Both the position numbers and the translations under genes were made by a program. The notes under the pieces are model-generated. The model was given only the letters and a program-made list of their open reading frames with translations. It was not told the origin of the DNA and did no database searches. Shown here piece after piece: positions 27,531 to 36,412 of a stretch of DNA of 64,000 bases. Source of the DNA: Nitrospira sp. (GTDB taxonomy: Bacteria; Nitrospirota; Nitrospiria; Nitrospirales; Nitrospiraceae). The stretch covers positions 2,176,001 through 2,240,000 of the forward strand of contig AP038806.1 in assembly GCA_047150005.1 (NCBI GenBank), written 5' to 3'. The stretch's first letter is position 1. Each line of letters begins with the position of its first letter.

Positions 27531-27974
27531 ATGAGCGTAACCGTTGGATCGGAATCGACGATTTTGCCATCGAGCGCCCCGACGACTTCCTCGCCCGTCC
27601 GGACTCACGAAATGGTGGGAGAGGGGAAGGCGTGGGGACTCTGTACCGCCGTGGATCTCCAGGACTGTCAACCGGATCTGATTCGCAATGCGGAGCATAT
27701 TCGCCGTTATGTCGTGGAGCTCTGCGAACTGATCGACATGAAGCGGTTCGGCGAGTGTCAGGTCGTCGATTTCGGCTCGGGCCGCGTGGCCGGCTATTCG
27801 ATGGTGCAATTGATTTCGACCTCGCTGATCAGTGGCCATTTCGCCAACGATACCAACAACGCGTACTTGGATATCTTCAGCTGCAAGGGGTACGATCCTG
27901 CCGTCGTCGAGGCCTTTTCGAAGGACTTTTTCAAGGCCGGACGCAGCACGGCGACCGTCACGCTTCGATATTAA
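27531..27974 (+). CDS. S-adenosylmethionine decarboxylase-like pyruvoyl proenzyme
   Basis: GYSMVQLISTSLISGHF and YLDIFSC motifs. Confidence 0.8.
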   Translation: MSVTVGSESTILPSSAPTTSSPVRTHEMVGEGKAWGLCTAVDLQDCQPDLIRNAEHIRRYVVELCELIDMKRFGECQVVDFGSGRVAGYSMVQLISTSLISGHFANDTNNAYLDIFSCKGYDPAVVEAFSKDFFKAGRSTATVTLRY

Positions 27975-28039
27975 CGAGCTCGCCGGGAGCCGCACCGGCC
28001 GCTCCCGGCTCCGCACCACCACCAGCCTCGCGCCACTTC

Positions 28040-28375
28040 ATGAAGGCTCCGACACTCAAAGAATTCTTCCGGCATCTGCCCGAGAAACTCGATTCGGACG
28101 CGGCCGAGGGCTTGGAGGCTGTGTATCAGTTCGATTTGAGCGGCACCGAGGGTGGGCAATACTTCCTGACCGTCAGCCAGGGCGTTTGTCGGGTCAACGA
28201 AGGGACGCACGACGATCCGCATGTGACGTTGGCGATGGCGGGTGAGGATTGCATCAAGGTCCTGACCGGTCAATTGAGCGGTCAAATGGCCGCCATGTCG
28301 GGCAAGCTGCGGATCATGGGAGACTTCGGGCTGGCGCTTCAACTGCGAGCGCTCTTTCCCGGCATCGGATCGTAG
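28040..28375 (+). CDS. SCP2 sterol/lipid-binding domain protein
   Basis: AVYQFDLSG, AMSGKLRIMGD. Confidence 0.85.
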   Translation: MKAPTLKEFFRHLPEKLDSDAAEGLEAVYQFDLSGTEGGQYFLTVSQGVCRVNEGTHDDPHVTLAMAGEDCIKVLTGQLSGQMAAMSGKLRIMGDFGLALQLRALFPGIGS

Positions 28376-28384
28376 CCGGGGCGG

Positions 28385-31300
28385 CTATCCTCTCGCTGGT
28401 TCCATCGGAGATTCCTCCGGCAGATTACCGGCGAGCGTCTGTTCGTCTACAAGCGGTCTCGGAAACCGCTCCTCGAGAATCATATACATCGTCGGCACCA
28501 GAAAGAGCGTCAGCAGGGTGGAGACGCTCAAGCCTCCCACTACCGCCCGAGCCAAGGGAGCATTGGTCTCGCCGCCGGTCCCCCAGCCTATCGCCATGGG
28601 AATCAGTCCGAATACGGTGGCCAAGGACGTCATCAGAATGGGCCGGAGTCTGGTTCTGGCGGCCGCGACGACGGCTTGGTGGAGCACGTTGCCCTTTCGT
28701 CGCAAGACGTTCGTGTAGTCCACGAGCAACACCCCGTTGGACACGACGATACCCAACATCATGATGATGCCCATCATCGACGTGGTGGACAAGGTGGTAT
28801 CGGTCAGGAACAGCGCCAGAATGACGCCGGGGAAGCCCATCGGAACCGAGAACATGATGATGAACGGGTCGATCAGCGATTTGAATTGGGCCGCCATGAC
28901 CATATAGACGAGGACCAACGCCAGCATGGTGGCGAACAGGAGGCCGGTGAACGTCTCGCGCTGCTGCTGGATCTGTCCGGCCAGCCTGATGCTGAAGCCG
29001 GTCGGCAACTGTAGCCGGGAGAATCCGGCTTCGAGATCGGCGGCGATCGCACCGAGATCCCGATTCAGCGGGTTGGCTGTGATATGAATGATCCGTTGGA
29101 AATACTTGCGATCGATCTTGACCGGCCCGGCATTGAGTTTGAGCGAGGCGACGTTTTTCAAGAGCACCGGTTCCTTGTTGCTGGCGGTGAGGATGATGTT
29201 CTCCAGGTCGGTCAGATCTTTCCGATGTTCTTCGGCCAGCCAGGCGCTGATGTAGTACTCGTTGCCGTTCTGCGGGTCGGTATAAATGATGGGATCCGTT
29301 TGCCCGTTGCCGTTCAGCGAGAACAGCACGGCGTTGGCGATGTCCGTTTCGCTGATGCCCAGTAACGCGGCCTTTTCCCGGTCCACGACGACGTTCACCT
29401 CGGGATAGTTCTCCTCACGGCTCACTTCGATGTCGGCCAGTCCCGGAGTCTGGTGCATGAGCGCCTCGACATCCCTGATCACGCCCCGAGCCTTCTCAAA
29501 ATCGTACCCGTAGATTTCCACGTCCACCGCCTTTTGCGAGCCGAAGCTCGTCACCCGCTTGACCAGCCCTCCGGGGTCGAAAAACATCGCTACGCCGGGA
29601 AACAGCTTGATGATTGCCGGTCGCACGTCATTCATGATCTGCACCTGGTTTCGTGTTCGCTTGTCCGGCGACGTCAAGTACACGGAAATGACCGACGTGT
29701 GCGGACCCGTGTTGGGATTGAACAGGGACGAACGGCCTTGTGCGAGGACGCCCGTGCTGGACACGATGGTTTCCAGCTCGTGCGGCGGGATGTTCTGGCG
29801 CAAGAGCCGTTCGACCTGCGCCACCTGTTGCTCGGTCTTCTCCACGCGCTGGCCGACCGGCGCCCTCAGGACGATGCGGAACTGACTCTCGTCCGACACG
29901 GGTAGAAATTCCGTGCCGATCAGCGGAACCAGCGCGAGGCTGAAGCCGAACAGAGCCACGACGCCGACAATGAAAATTCTGCGATGGTCCAACACCCACC
30001 GCAGAGAGTCCTCATAGCCGCGGTCCAGCGACTCGTACCGCTCGCGGCTCCAGTCCATGAGCCGTACGAACCAACCGGGCATCCGGCGATGGGATTCGTG
30101 CTCGGCCTTCAGAAACTTGTAGCAGAGCGCGGGCGTGACGGTGCGCGAGACGAAGAACGAGGTGAAGAGCGAGATCGCGATGGTGAGCGTCAGCGGAATC
30201 AACAGGAGCCTGGCGATGCCCACCACGAAAAAAATCGGAAGGAAGACCACCACGGTCGTGACGGTAGAGGCCAAGATGGGCATCGCCACCTCGCGCGCCG
30301 CTTCCAGGATCGCATCCCAGCGTCTGGAGGTGGCATTCAGATGCCGCTGGATGTTCTCCAACTCCACGATCGAGTCGTCGACCAAGCGCCCGATGCCGAG
30401 CGCGAGTCCTCCAAGGGTGAACACGTTCAGCGTTTGTCCTGTGAAATAGAGCACGATGAATGTCACCATGATCGACAGCGGGATCGCCACCGAGATGATC
30501 AGGGTGCTCGTGAGATTTCTCAGAAAGACCAGAATGACGGCTGCGGCCAACAGGGAGCCGTGCATGGCCTGTTCGATCAGATTGCTGATGGATTGGCGGA
30601 TGTAGACCGATTGATCGAAGGAGATACCGAGCGTGACGCCGGGCGGAATGCCGATCATTTTGGGAAGCGCGGCCCGGAGCGCATCGACCACCTCGACCGT
30701 ATTGGCGATCGGTTGCTTGTTCACCCTGAGGTACACCGCCCGATTCCCGTCGGTCCGCACGATGTTGGTCTGAATGTCCGATGAATCGGTGACCGTGCCG
30801 AGATCGCGCACGCGCACCGGGTTGCCCGTCTGATTGACCTTGACGATCACGTCCTGGATGGGCTCGACTGTGCGGAACTGATTGTTTGTGAAGACGTTAT
30901 AGTCCAAATTTCCGGCTTTGATGTTGCCGGAGGGAAGAATGAGATTCGCCGCCTTCACGGCCTTGACCACGTCCAGAATCGAGAGTCCGCGGGCATTGAG
31001 CAGGGCGGGATCCAAGTTGATGTTGATCTGGCGGATCTTTCCGCCCTCGACGGTTGCGGCGGCGACATTGGCGATCTGTTCGATTTGCGGGGCGATCGTG
31101 TTGAAGGCCAGGTCGTACAGTGCTCGTTCGTCGAGCGCCTCGCTGGAAACGGTGACGAACGACACCGGGATGTTCGATACATCGAACTTGACGATGAACG
31201 GCTGCAGGATGCCTGGGGGCAGGCTGTTCAGGATCTGGGTGATACGCTGCATCACCTCCATCTGCCCGACGTTGATGTCGGCACCCCAATTGAACCAGAC

Positions 31301-31576
31301 TTGGACGGCTCCGATGCCCTGTTTCGCGAAGGACTCGACGTGCTCGACGTTGGACGCCGAGCTGACGGCCTTTTCGATCGGATAAACGACGCTTTGCTCG
31401 ATGTCAAGCGGCGGGGCGCCTTTGTAGAGAACGCCCACAAACGCCACAGGAACCTGAATGTTGGGAAACAGGTCGACCGGTAGCCGGTTCAGAGAGGTAG
31501 CGCCGAGCACGACCATGGCCAGCGACAGCATCAGAATGCCGATGCGGTTGCGCAGTGCGAGCAGCGTCAGCCACAT
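28385..31576 (-). CDS. RND efflux permease (AcrB family)
   Basis: 1063 aa; LPVDLFP, GRLVDDSIVELENI, RLRPILMT. Confidence 0.95.
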   Translation of the reverse strand: MWLTLLALRNRIGILMLSLAMVVLGATSLNRLPVDLFPNIQVPVAFVGVLYKGAPPLDIEQSVVYPIEKAVSSASNVEHVESFAKQGIGAVQVWFNWGADINVGQMEVMQRITQILNSLPPGILQPFIVKFDVSNIPVSFVTVSSEALDERALYDLAFNTIAPQIEQIANVAAATVEGGKIRQININLDPALLNARGLSILDVVKAVKAANLILPSGNIKAGNLDYNVFTNNQFRTVEPIQDVIVKVNQTGNPVRVRDLGTVTDSSDIQTNIVRTDGNRAVYLRVNKQPIANTVEVVDALRAALPKMIGIPPGVTLGISFDQSVYIRQSISNLIEQAMHGSLLAAAVILVFLRNLTSTLIISVAIPLSIMVTFIVLYFTGQTLNVFTLGGLALGIGRLVDDSIVELENIQRHLNATSRRWDAILEAAREVAMPILASTVTTVVVFLPIFFVVGIARLLLIPLTLTIAISLFTSFFVSRTVTPALCYKFLKAEHESHRRMPGWFVRLMDWSRERYESLDRGYEDSLRWVLDHRRIFIVGVVALFGFSLALVPLIGTEFLPVSDESQFRIVLRAPVGQRVEKTEQQVAQVERLLRQNIPPHELETIVSSTGVLAQGRSSLFNPNTGPHTSVISVYLTSPDKRTRNQVQIMNDVRPAIIKLFPGVAMFFDPGGLVKRVTSFGSQKAVDVEIYGYDFEKARGVIRDVEALMHQTPGLADIEVSREENYPEVNVVVDREKAALLGISETDIANAVLFSLNGNGQTDPIIYTDPQNGNEYYISAWLAEEHRKDLTDLENIILTASNKEPVLLKNVASLKLNAGPVKIDRKYFQRIIHITANPLNRDLGAIAADLEAGFSRLQLPTGFSIRLAGQIQQQRETFTGLLFATMLALVLVYMVMAAQFKSLIDPFIIMFSVPMGFPGVILALFLTDTTLSTTSMMGIIMMLGIVVSNGVLLVDYTNVLRRKGNVLHQAVVAAARTRLRPILMTSLATVFGLIPMAIGWGTGGETNAPLARAVVGGLSVSTLLTLFLVPTMYMILEERFPRPLVDEQTLAGNLPEESPMEPARG

Positions 31577-31672
31577 AACGGCAGTACTGGGTAAGGAGTG
31601 CTGCTTGCTGAGTGAGAAGCCATCATCATTATGAGAGCGTGATTCATGAGTTGTCTCTCAGCACTCAGGACT

Positions 31673-32848
31673 TCAGGACTGTGGGAGTGATTGGGCCTGC
31701 ACGGGGGTTCCGGATTGGACCAAGTCTTTGCCGGACACGATGACCTGTTCGTCCCCGATCAATCCCTTGGTGATCTCGACCCGATTCTCATCGCGCACAC
31801 CGATATCCACGGGAACCCGCTCGGCCTTTCCCTCCCGAACGATGTATACATACTGTGCATCCTCGAGCCGGCTCACCGCATCAATCGGAATCTGCAACGC
31901 GTTGGCGTGCGTTCCCACCAACACTTCGACGCGCGCGAACATCCCGCCTTTCAAGAGATGATCCTTGTTGGGAAGATCCAGTTCGACCGTCATGGTCCGC
32001 GTGGCGCGATTGAGAGCCTGGACGATGCGGGTGACGGTCCCTTCGAATGCCCGGTCCGGGTAGGCTTCGGCTCGGACCTCAGCTTTCTGGCCGAGCTTGA
32101 TCAGCGGCACATCCTTTTCGACCACTTCGATCAGCGTCCGAACGACTTCGATGTCGTGGAGGCTGAGGATTCCTCTGGATGTCGTCGACGTGCTGGTCGC
32201 CGCTCCGGTGACGTAGGCGCCCAGATCAAGGTTGCGCTCCGCGATGTATCCGGAGAAAGGGGCACGGATGTATGAATAAGCCAGATTGGTTTCCGCCTGA
32301 GCCAACGCGACCTCCATCTGTTTGACCTGCGCTCGCAGCGATTCCTGCGCGGCGATGGCCGCGTCGGTGTTCACCTCCGCATTATCCAGGTCCTGCTGTG
32401 ACACAAATTGCTCTTTAATCAGCGCCCGCATGCGGTCCAGAGTGAGTTTGGCGTTGCGGACGGAGGCGTCCTGCTGGGTCACCTTCGCGCGGGCGGCCGC
32501 CAGGTTGGCCTTGGCTTGATTGACGGCATGGTGGTAGTCGGTGTGATCGATTTCGATCAGCAGTTGATTGGCCTGGACGAAGTCTCCCTTGTCGACGTAC
32601 AGCTTGGAGATATAGCCGTCGACGCGCGAGAAGATATTGACGACTTGGTTGGGCGTGATGTCCGCCGTATAGGTCAGGCGGATGTCCAGGTCCTGCTTGA
32701 GAGGCCGGACCGTTCCGACGGTAATCGTCCGAGTTTTCTTCGGATCGCTCTTGGCTCCGCTGCTCAGCCGGAAGACGACGAGAGCCGTCACGGCGAAAAA
32801 GATGATCACGCCGAGCGTGACGATCGGGTGTTGGCGGACGGGGTTCAT
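31673..32848 (-). CDS. RND membrane fusion protein
   Basis: N-terminal TM, lipoyl halves VDKGDFV / IRAPFSG, coiled-coil hairpin. Confidence 0.92.
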   Translation of the reverse strand: MNPVRQHPIVTLGVIIFFAVTALVVFRLSSGAKSDPKKTRTITVGTVRPLKQDLDIRLTYTADITPNQVVNIFSRVDGYISKLYVDKGDFVQANQLLIEIDHTDYHHAVNQAKANLAAARAKVTQQDASVRNAKLTLDRMRALIKEQFVSQQDLDNAEVNTDAAIAAQESLRAQVKQMEVALAQAETNLAYSYIRAPFSGYIAERNLDLGAYVTGAATSTSTTSRGILSLHDIEVVRTLIEVVEKDVPLIKLGQKAEVRAEAYPDRAFEGTVTRIVQALNRATRTMTVELDLPNKDHLLKGGMFARVEVLVGTHANALQIPIDAVSRLEDAQYVYIVREGKAERVPVDIGVRDENRVEITKGLIGDEQVIVSGKDLVQSGTPVQAQSLPQS

Positions 32849-33489
32849 CGACCCTGTCTCCGGTTGCGTCCGTCGACGCCGGTTGACCGAACCAATCCAT
32901 TGAGGAACAACTCGACATAGGTCGCGACCGTTTCGTCGTGCGACCGATGCATCGGAACTCCGAAAATCTCGTGCAGGAGCCGGTGATGGACGACGATGCC
33001 GATGAAGGCGTGAGCGGCCAGCAGGGGATCGACGTCACGGAACGCCCCTTCTCCGATCCTCAGCTGAATATAGGTGGCCAGATGGTCGTAGAAAACCTTG
33101 TGGTGTTTGGAAAAGAAGATGTCGGACAGTTCATGCCCTTCCAGCGCGCTGAATAAGAGCAGTCGGAGGAGGGTCGGATCGACGCCCGGTCTAATGCGAA
33201 AACCCGCGATCAGCATGAAGACCCGACGGTCGTCCCGTTTCCTGGCGGACTCTTCCACCGCCCCGAGCAACTCGTCTACGGACACCTTCTCTGCCAGGAT
33301 CGCGGCGTACAGGGCCCGTTTGGTCGGAAAGTGTTTGAAGACGAGCGCTTCGCTGACTCCCGCGGCCTTGGCGATTTCGCGTGTCGTGGTGCCGTTGAAA
33401 CCTTTCGCGGCGAAGAGGGCGGCGGCCGCCGCGATCAACCCGGCCTGTCGCTCTTGACTGGAGGAACGGCTTCGCTTGGTTGTCTTCAT
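32845..33489 (-). CDS. TetR-family regulator
   Basis: GFNGTTTREIAKAAGVSEALVFKHFPTK; start MKTTKR. Confidence 0.92.
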   Translation of the reverse strand: MKTTKRSRSSSQERQAGLIAAAAALFAAKGFNGTTTREIAKAAGVSEALVFKHFPTKRALYAAILAEKVSVDELLGAVEESARKRDDRRVFMLIAGFRIRPGVDPTLLRLLLFSALEGHELSDIFFSKHHKVFYDHLATYIQLRIGEGAFRDVDPLLAAHAFIGIVVHHRLLHEIFGVPMHRSHDETVATYVELFLNGLVRSTGVDGRNRRQGR

Positions 33490-33499
33490 TGGGCTTGAC

Positions 33500-33521
33500 T
33501 GAGTAAGTGAGTATTCACTCA
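33500..33521. promoter_or_regulatory. Putative TetR operator
   Basis: TGAGTAAGTGAGTATTCACTCA imperfect palindrome just upstream of tetR. Confidence 0.5.
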
Positions 33522-33605
33522 CCCTGTACGGTAGCATGAGGTCGTGCCTGCTGACAATGAACGGCCGGTAGTGGATCAGTTTGCGATCAGAAGCGCTGAC
33601 GTGTG

Positions 33606-34616
33606 TCATTCCCGCGGAAGCGGGAAGGTGGAGTCACATTTGAAGTGCAACAGATCACGAGTAAACACCTCGGCCGGTGTCTCATAGTCGAGACACTTGC
33701 GCGGGGTGTGATTATACGCCCGCACCAGCGCCAGCAAGCGGCGGGTGGAGAGCGTGGCCAAGTCAGTTTTCCGGGGGAGGGCACGGCGCATCCGGCCGAT
33801 ACCGTTTTCGATACCCCCTTTTTGCCACGGGGCATGCGGGTCACAAAAGTAGGTGCGCATGCCGAGCGGGTGCAGCTGATCGTGATACGCGAACTCCGTG
33901 CCGTTATCGAACGTGATGGTCCGGCGCAGGGCCGGAGGCAGGGCGGCAAACAGCGCCGTGAGTCGGGCGGCCACCGGCTGGGCCCCCTTCGTGGGTTGCC
34001 GGCTGGCCACCAACACGCGCGAGCGGCGTTCCTGCGTCACCAGGACCGCCTGGCCATATTTCGCAAACAGCATCAGATCGGCCTCCCAATGGCCAGGGTC
34101 CTGCCGCTGCTGGATCGCCGCCGGTCGCTCGCTAATGGGGACGCGGCTGCGGATGTGGTCCACGGCACTGCCGCCTTTGCGCCCCCGCCACCCGCGTTTG
34201 CTTTTGCCCCGCGGCAAATAATGCCGCCAGCGATAGTCTTTCGTCCGGCGGATCTGGCTGGCGATGAAGCGGTAGATCGACTCGGAGCTGATGCGCAGCG
34301 CGCAGCCGTCGCGCTTGAGCCGGCCGGCGACTTGAGCGGGCGACCAGCCCTGCCCCAACCAGCGCAGGACGTGGGCCTGCAGCGCCGGTTGCCGGAGCAG
34401 ACGACTCCCGCGCCAGCGGCGGCTGCGGGTCTGCTCCTGGGCATAGGCAGGCGCATAGCCCACCTGGGCGCCGCGATTGCGCCTCAGTTCCCGCAGAATG
34501 GTCGATGGCGCGCGATCCAGAGCTGCTGCAATTTGGCGGATGGTTTGCCCGGCTTCGCGAGCCCGGGCAATCGTACACCGGTCTTCCAAGGAGAGCTGCG
34601 CATAGTGTCGTCCCAT
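33606..34616 (-). CDS. IS30-family DDE transposase
   Basis: HTH IAAALDRAPSTILRELRRN, GHWEADL, TITFDNGTEF, PWQKGGIEN, NHTPRKCL. Confidence 0.95.
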   Translation of the reverse strand: MGRHYAQLSLEDRCTIARAREAGQTIRQIAAALDRAPSTILRELRRNRGAQVGYAPAYAQEQTRSRRWRGSRLLRQPALQAHVLRWLGQGWSPAQVAGRLKRDGCALRISSESIYRFIASQIRRTKDYRWRHYLPRGKSKRGWRGRKGGSAVDHIRSRVPISERPAAIQQRQDPGHWEADLMLFAKYGQAVLVTQERRSRVLVASRQPTKGAQPVAARLTALFAALPPALRRTITFDNGTEFAYHDQLHPLGMRTYFCDPHAPWQKGGIENGIGRMRRALPRKTDLATLSTRRLLALVRAYNHTPRKCLDYETPAEVFTRDLLHFKCDSTFPLPRE

Positions 34617-34663
34617 TGCAACACCTTACCCCACAGGTGTTGCACTTCGTTTGTGAATCTAGG
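33627..34663 (-). mobile_element. IS30-family insertion sequence (about 1037 bp)
   Basis: 26-bp imperfect IRs GGTGGAGTCACATTTGAAGTGCAACA / CCTAGATTCACAAACGAAGTGCAACA; flanking GAA duplication. Confidence 0.88.
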
Positions 34664-34949
34664 GAATCCAGTCAAAGCCTTCTCCTCAGCCTTGAGTCTT
34701 GATGAGAGGTGGATGCCCGCTTTCGTGGGTATGACGCAAGAGGAAACTGACCCAGTACCGAATGGCCGCGTGGCCGCGGATCCTCTCCTGCGCCCAGCGC
34801 TTTGGGTGCAATGGTTGGACAGATGGGGCCGGTAGGTGGAGAGGTAGGACGGTGAGCGGAAGGAACGATTCGGCGAAATGAACCGGCTCCGGTGGAGGGA
34901 GCTGGCCTGAACCGGGCGTCTCACGCAAACCAGGCCGACCTAGGGCCGA

Positions 34950-35342
34950 CTAGTGGTCGCGCTTTTGGCGAAGATTGCCGGCTACGAAGTAGCGGAGCCG
35001 ATTCTGCTCCCGAAGGTTCATCCCTGTAATGATCACGCCGAATCGATGGCCGGCGGTCCAGGCGACCCTGGCTGCGCCCACGAACAACGGATCCTGTCCG
35101 TCGGGGAGATACAGGAACAGCGTCAATTCCATTCCGATTCTGACCGTCCGGTTTCCTCTGATTCCCAGGCCTTGCCGGGACAGAGACGTGACCGTACCGT
35201 CGCCGACCAGGACGTTCCCTTCCTCCGGTTGCGCCGAGTACATGAGGCTGAACTCGACAGGAATCCTGGTGTGCTCTCGTCGGTTGCACGGAGTGGTCTG
35301 CGGCCGAAGGACCCTGTTCGAACGGACTTTGTTGCATCGCAT
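34950..35342 (-). CDS. PilZ-domain protein
   Basis: RREHTR and SLSRQG motifs. Confidence 0.8.
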   Translation of the reverse strand: MRCNKVRSNRVLRPQTTPCNRREHTRIPVEFSLMYSAQPEEGNVLVGDGTVTSLSRQGLGIRGNRTVRIGMELTLFLYLPDGQDPLFVGAARVAWTAGHRFGVIITGMNLREQNRLRYFVAGNLRQKRDH

Positions 35343-35364
35343 GGGCCATCTCCTTCTATAGCGA

Positions 35365-35754
35365 TCACCGCCCGCGGGACGGACGGCATGATGAATTCCA
35401 GGTGTGAAAGCGCAGTTGGTTCAGGGTCTCAGGTGAAAGCGCGAGCATTTCCACGCCGAAGCGGAGGCCGGACACCCAGGAAACCTGGCATTGCGGGAGG
35501 CAGATCGGATCTTCCATGCCGGGAAGAGTGATAAAGAGAGCGAGTTCCATCCCCCGGGTTACGCCTTGGTTGCCGCAGATCCCGACGCCTCGATCAGAGA
35601 GGTTGGCGGTCATTCCGTCACCCATCAGCATGAATCCGCCCTGCATTCCCGAATACATCACGGCAAAATGGGTCGGGATTCGCTCGGTAATACGGCGGGT
35701 GAGTCTGAAGGCGGCAGGATGGTCATTCGGATGGTCGGAGGGACAAGCGTTCAT
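35365..35754 (-). CDS. PilZ-domain protein
   Basis: RRITER and NLSDRG motifs; RBS AGGGAG. Confidence 0.8.
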   Translation of the reverse strand: MNACPSDHPNDHPAAFRLTRRITERIPTHFAVMYSGMQGGFMLMGDGMTANLSDRGVGICGNQGVTRGMELALFITLPGMEDPICLPQCQVSWVSGLRFGVEMLALSPETLNQLRFHTWNSSCRPSRGR

Positions 35755-35798
35755 GATTAACTCCCTATGCCGCATGTCGGCGGCGATCGGTTCCAATT

Positions 35799-36215
35799 TC
35801 AGACAATGCGAAACCCGGCTCGCCGCTGGTTGGACAGAGAAAGGGTGACGTGTTTCCAGATGAGTTCCTGAATCCGCTTCCGCTCTTCCGGCGTCAGGTC
35901 GGGGAATTTGGCCGCAAACGCCGACCCTCTGACCCAGGAGATGGTCGCCTCGGTCAGGCACAGGGGCGGTTGTCCGTCCGCGAGATACAGAAACAGCGTG
36001 ACATGGCTGCCTTCCGGTGGCGAGACCGTGCCTTCGATTTTGCAGCCGGATTTTGAGAGGTCACTCAATGCCCCCTCCGCCTTGAGGAGCCTCGACCCGT
36101 CCTCGCTCGCGTACAGCACCCGGGCCTGAAGGGCGGCGCGTTCGGCATAACGGCGGTCCAACGGGGTGTAGGCGCCCTTCAGGTCGATTCCGAGATCAAA
36201 CATCCGCTGTTTCAT
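35799..36215 (-). CDS. PilZ-domain protein
   Basis: RRYAER and DLSKSG motifs. Confidence 0.8.
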   Translation of the reverse strand: MKQRMFDLGIDLKGAYTPLDRRYAERAALQARVLYASEDGSRLLKAEGALSDLSKSGCKIEGTVSPPEGSHVTLFLYLADGQPPLCLTEATISWVRGSAFAAKFPDLTPEERKRIQELIWKHVTLSLSNQRRAGFRIV

Positions 36216-36412
36216 GAGTGTCCCCCTCTCTCGAGGCCTCTTCCATCGACAAACCGCCGTCAGGCGACAGTTGAAGAGTATCGGATTTCCCCGATTTGCC
36301 CATCCCCAGGGAGGGGGGAAACGGCACCCATCGTTAGGGGGAGAAATGAGGATGAGTCAGAGAAAGGCTGGTTAGGACATCCGGCACACGTGACGGAAAC
36401 GGTCGTGTCGGA

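Larger units (their letters stand above)
33566..34760 (+). repeat. REP-containing element, copy 3, split by IS30
   Basis: 33566-33626 joined to 34667-34760 rebuilds a copy collinear with copies 1 and 4. Confidence 0.8.

Noticed and set aside
27062..28039. Long 5' extension of the SCP2 ORF (437 aa)
   Set aside because: Overlaps the SpeD-like gene in another frame; only the last 111 codons look like SCP2.
33603..34835. 410-aa plus-strand ORF over the IS
   Set aside because: Antisense shadow of the IS30 transposase, with no recognisable motifs.
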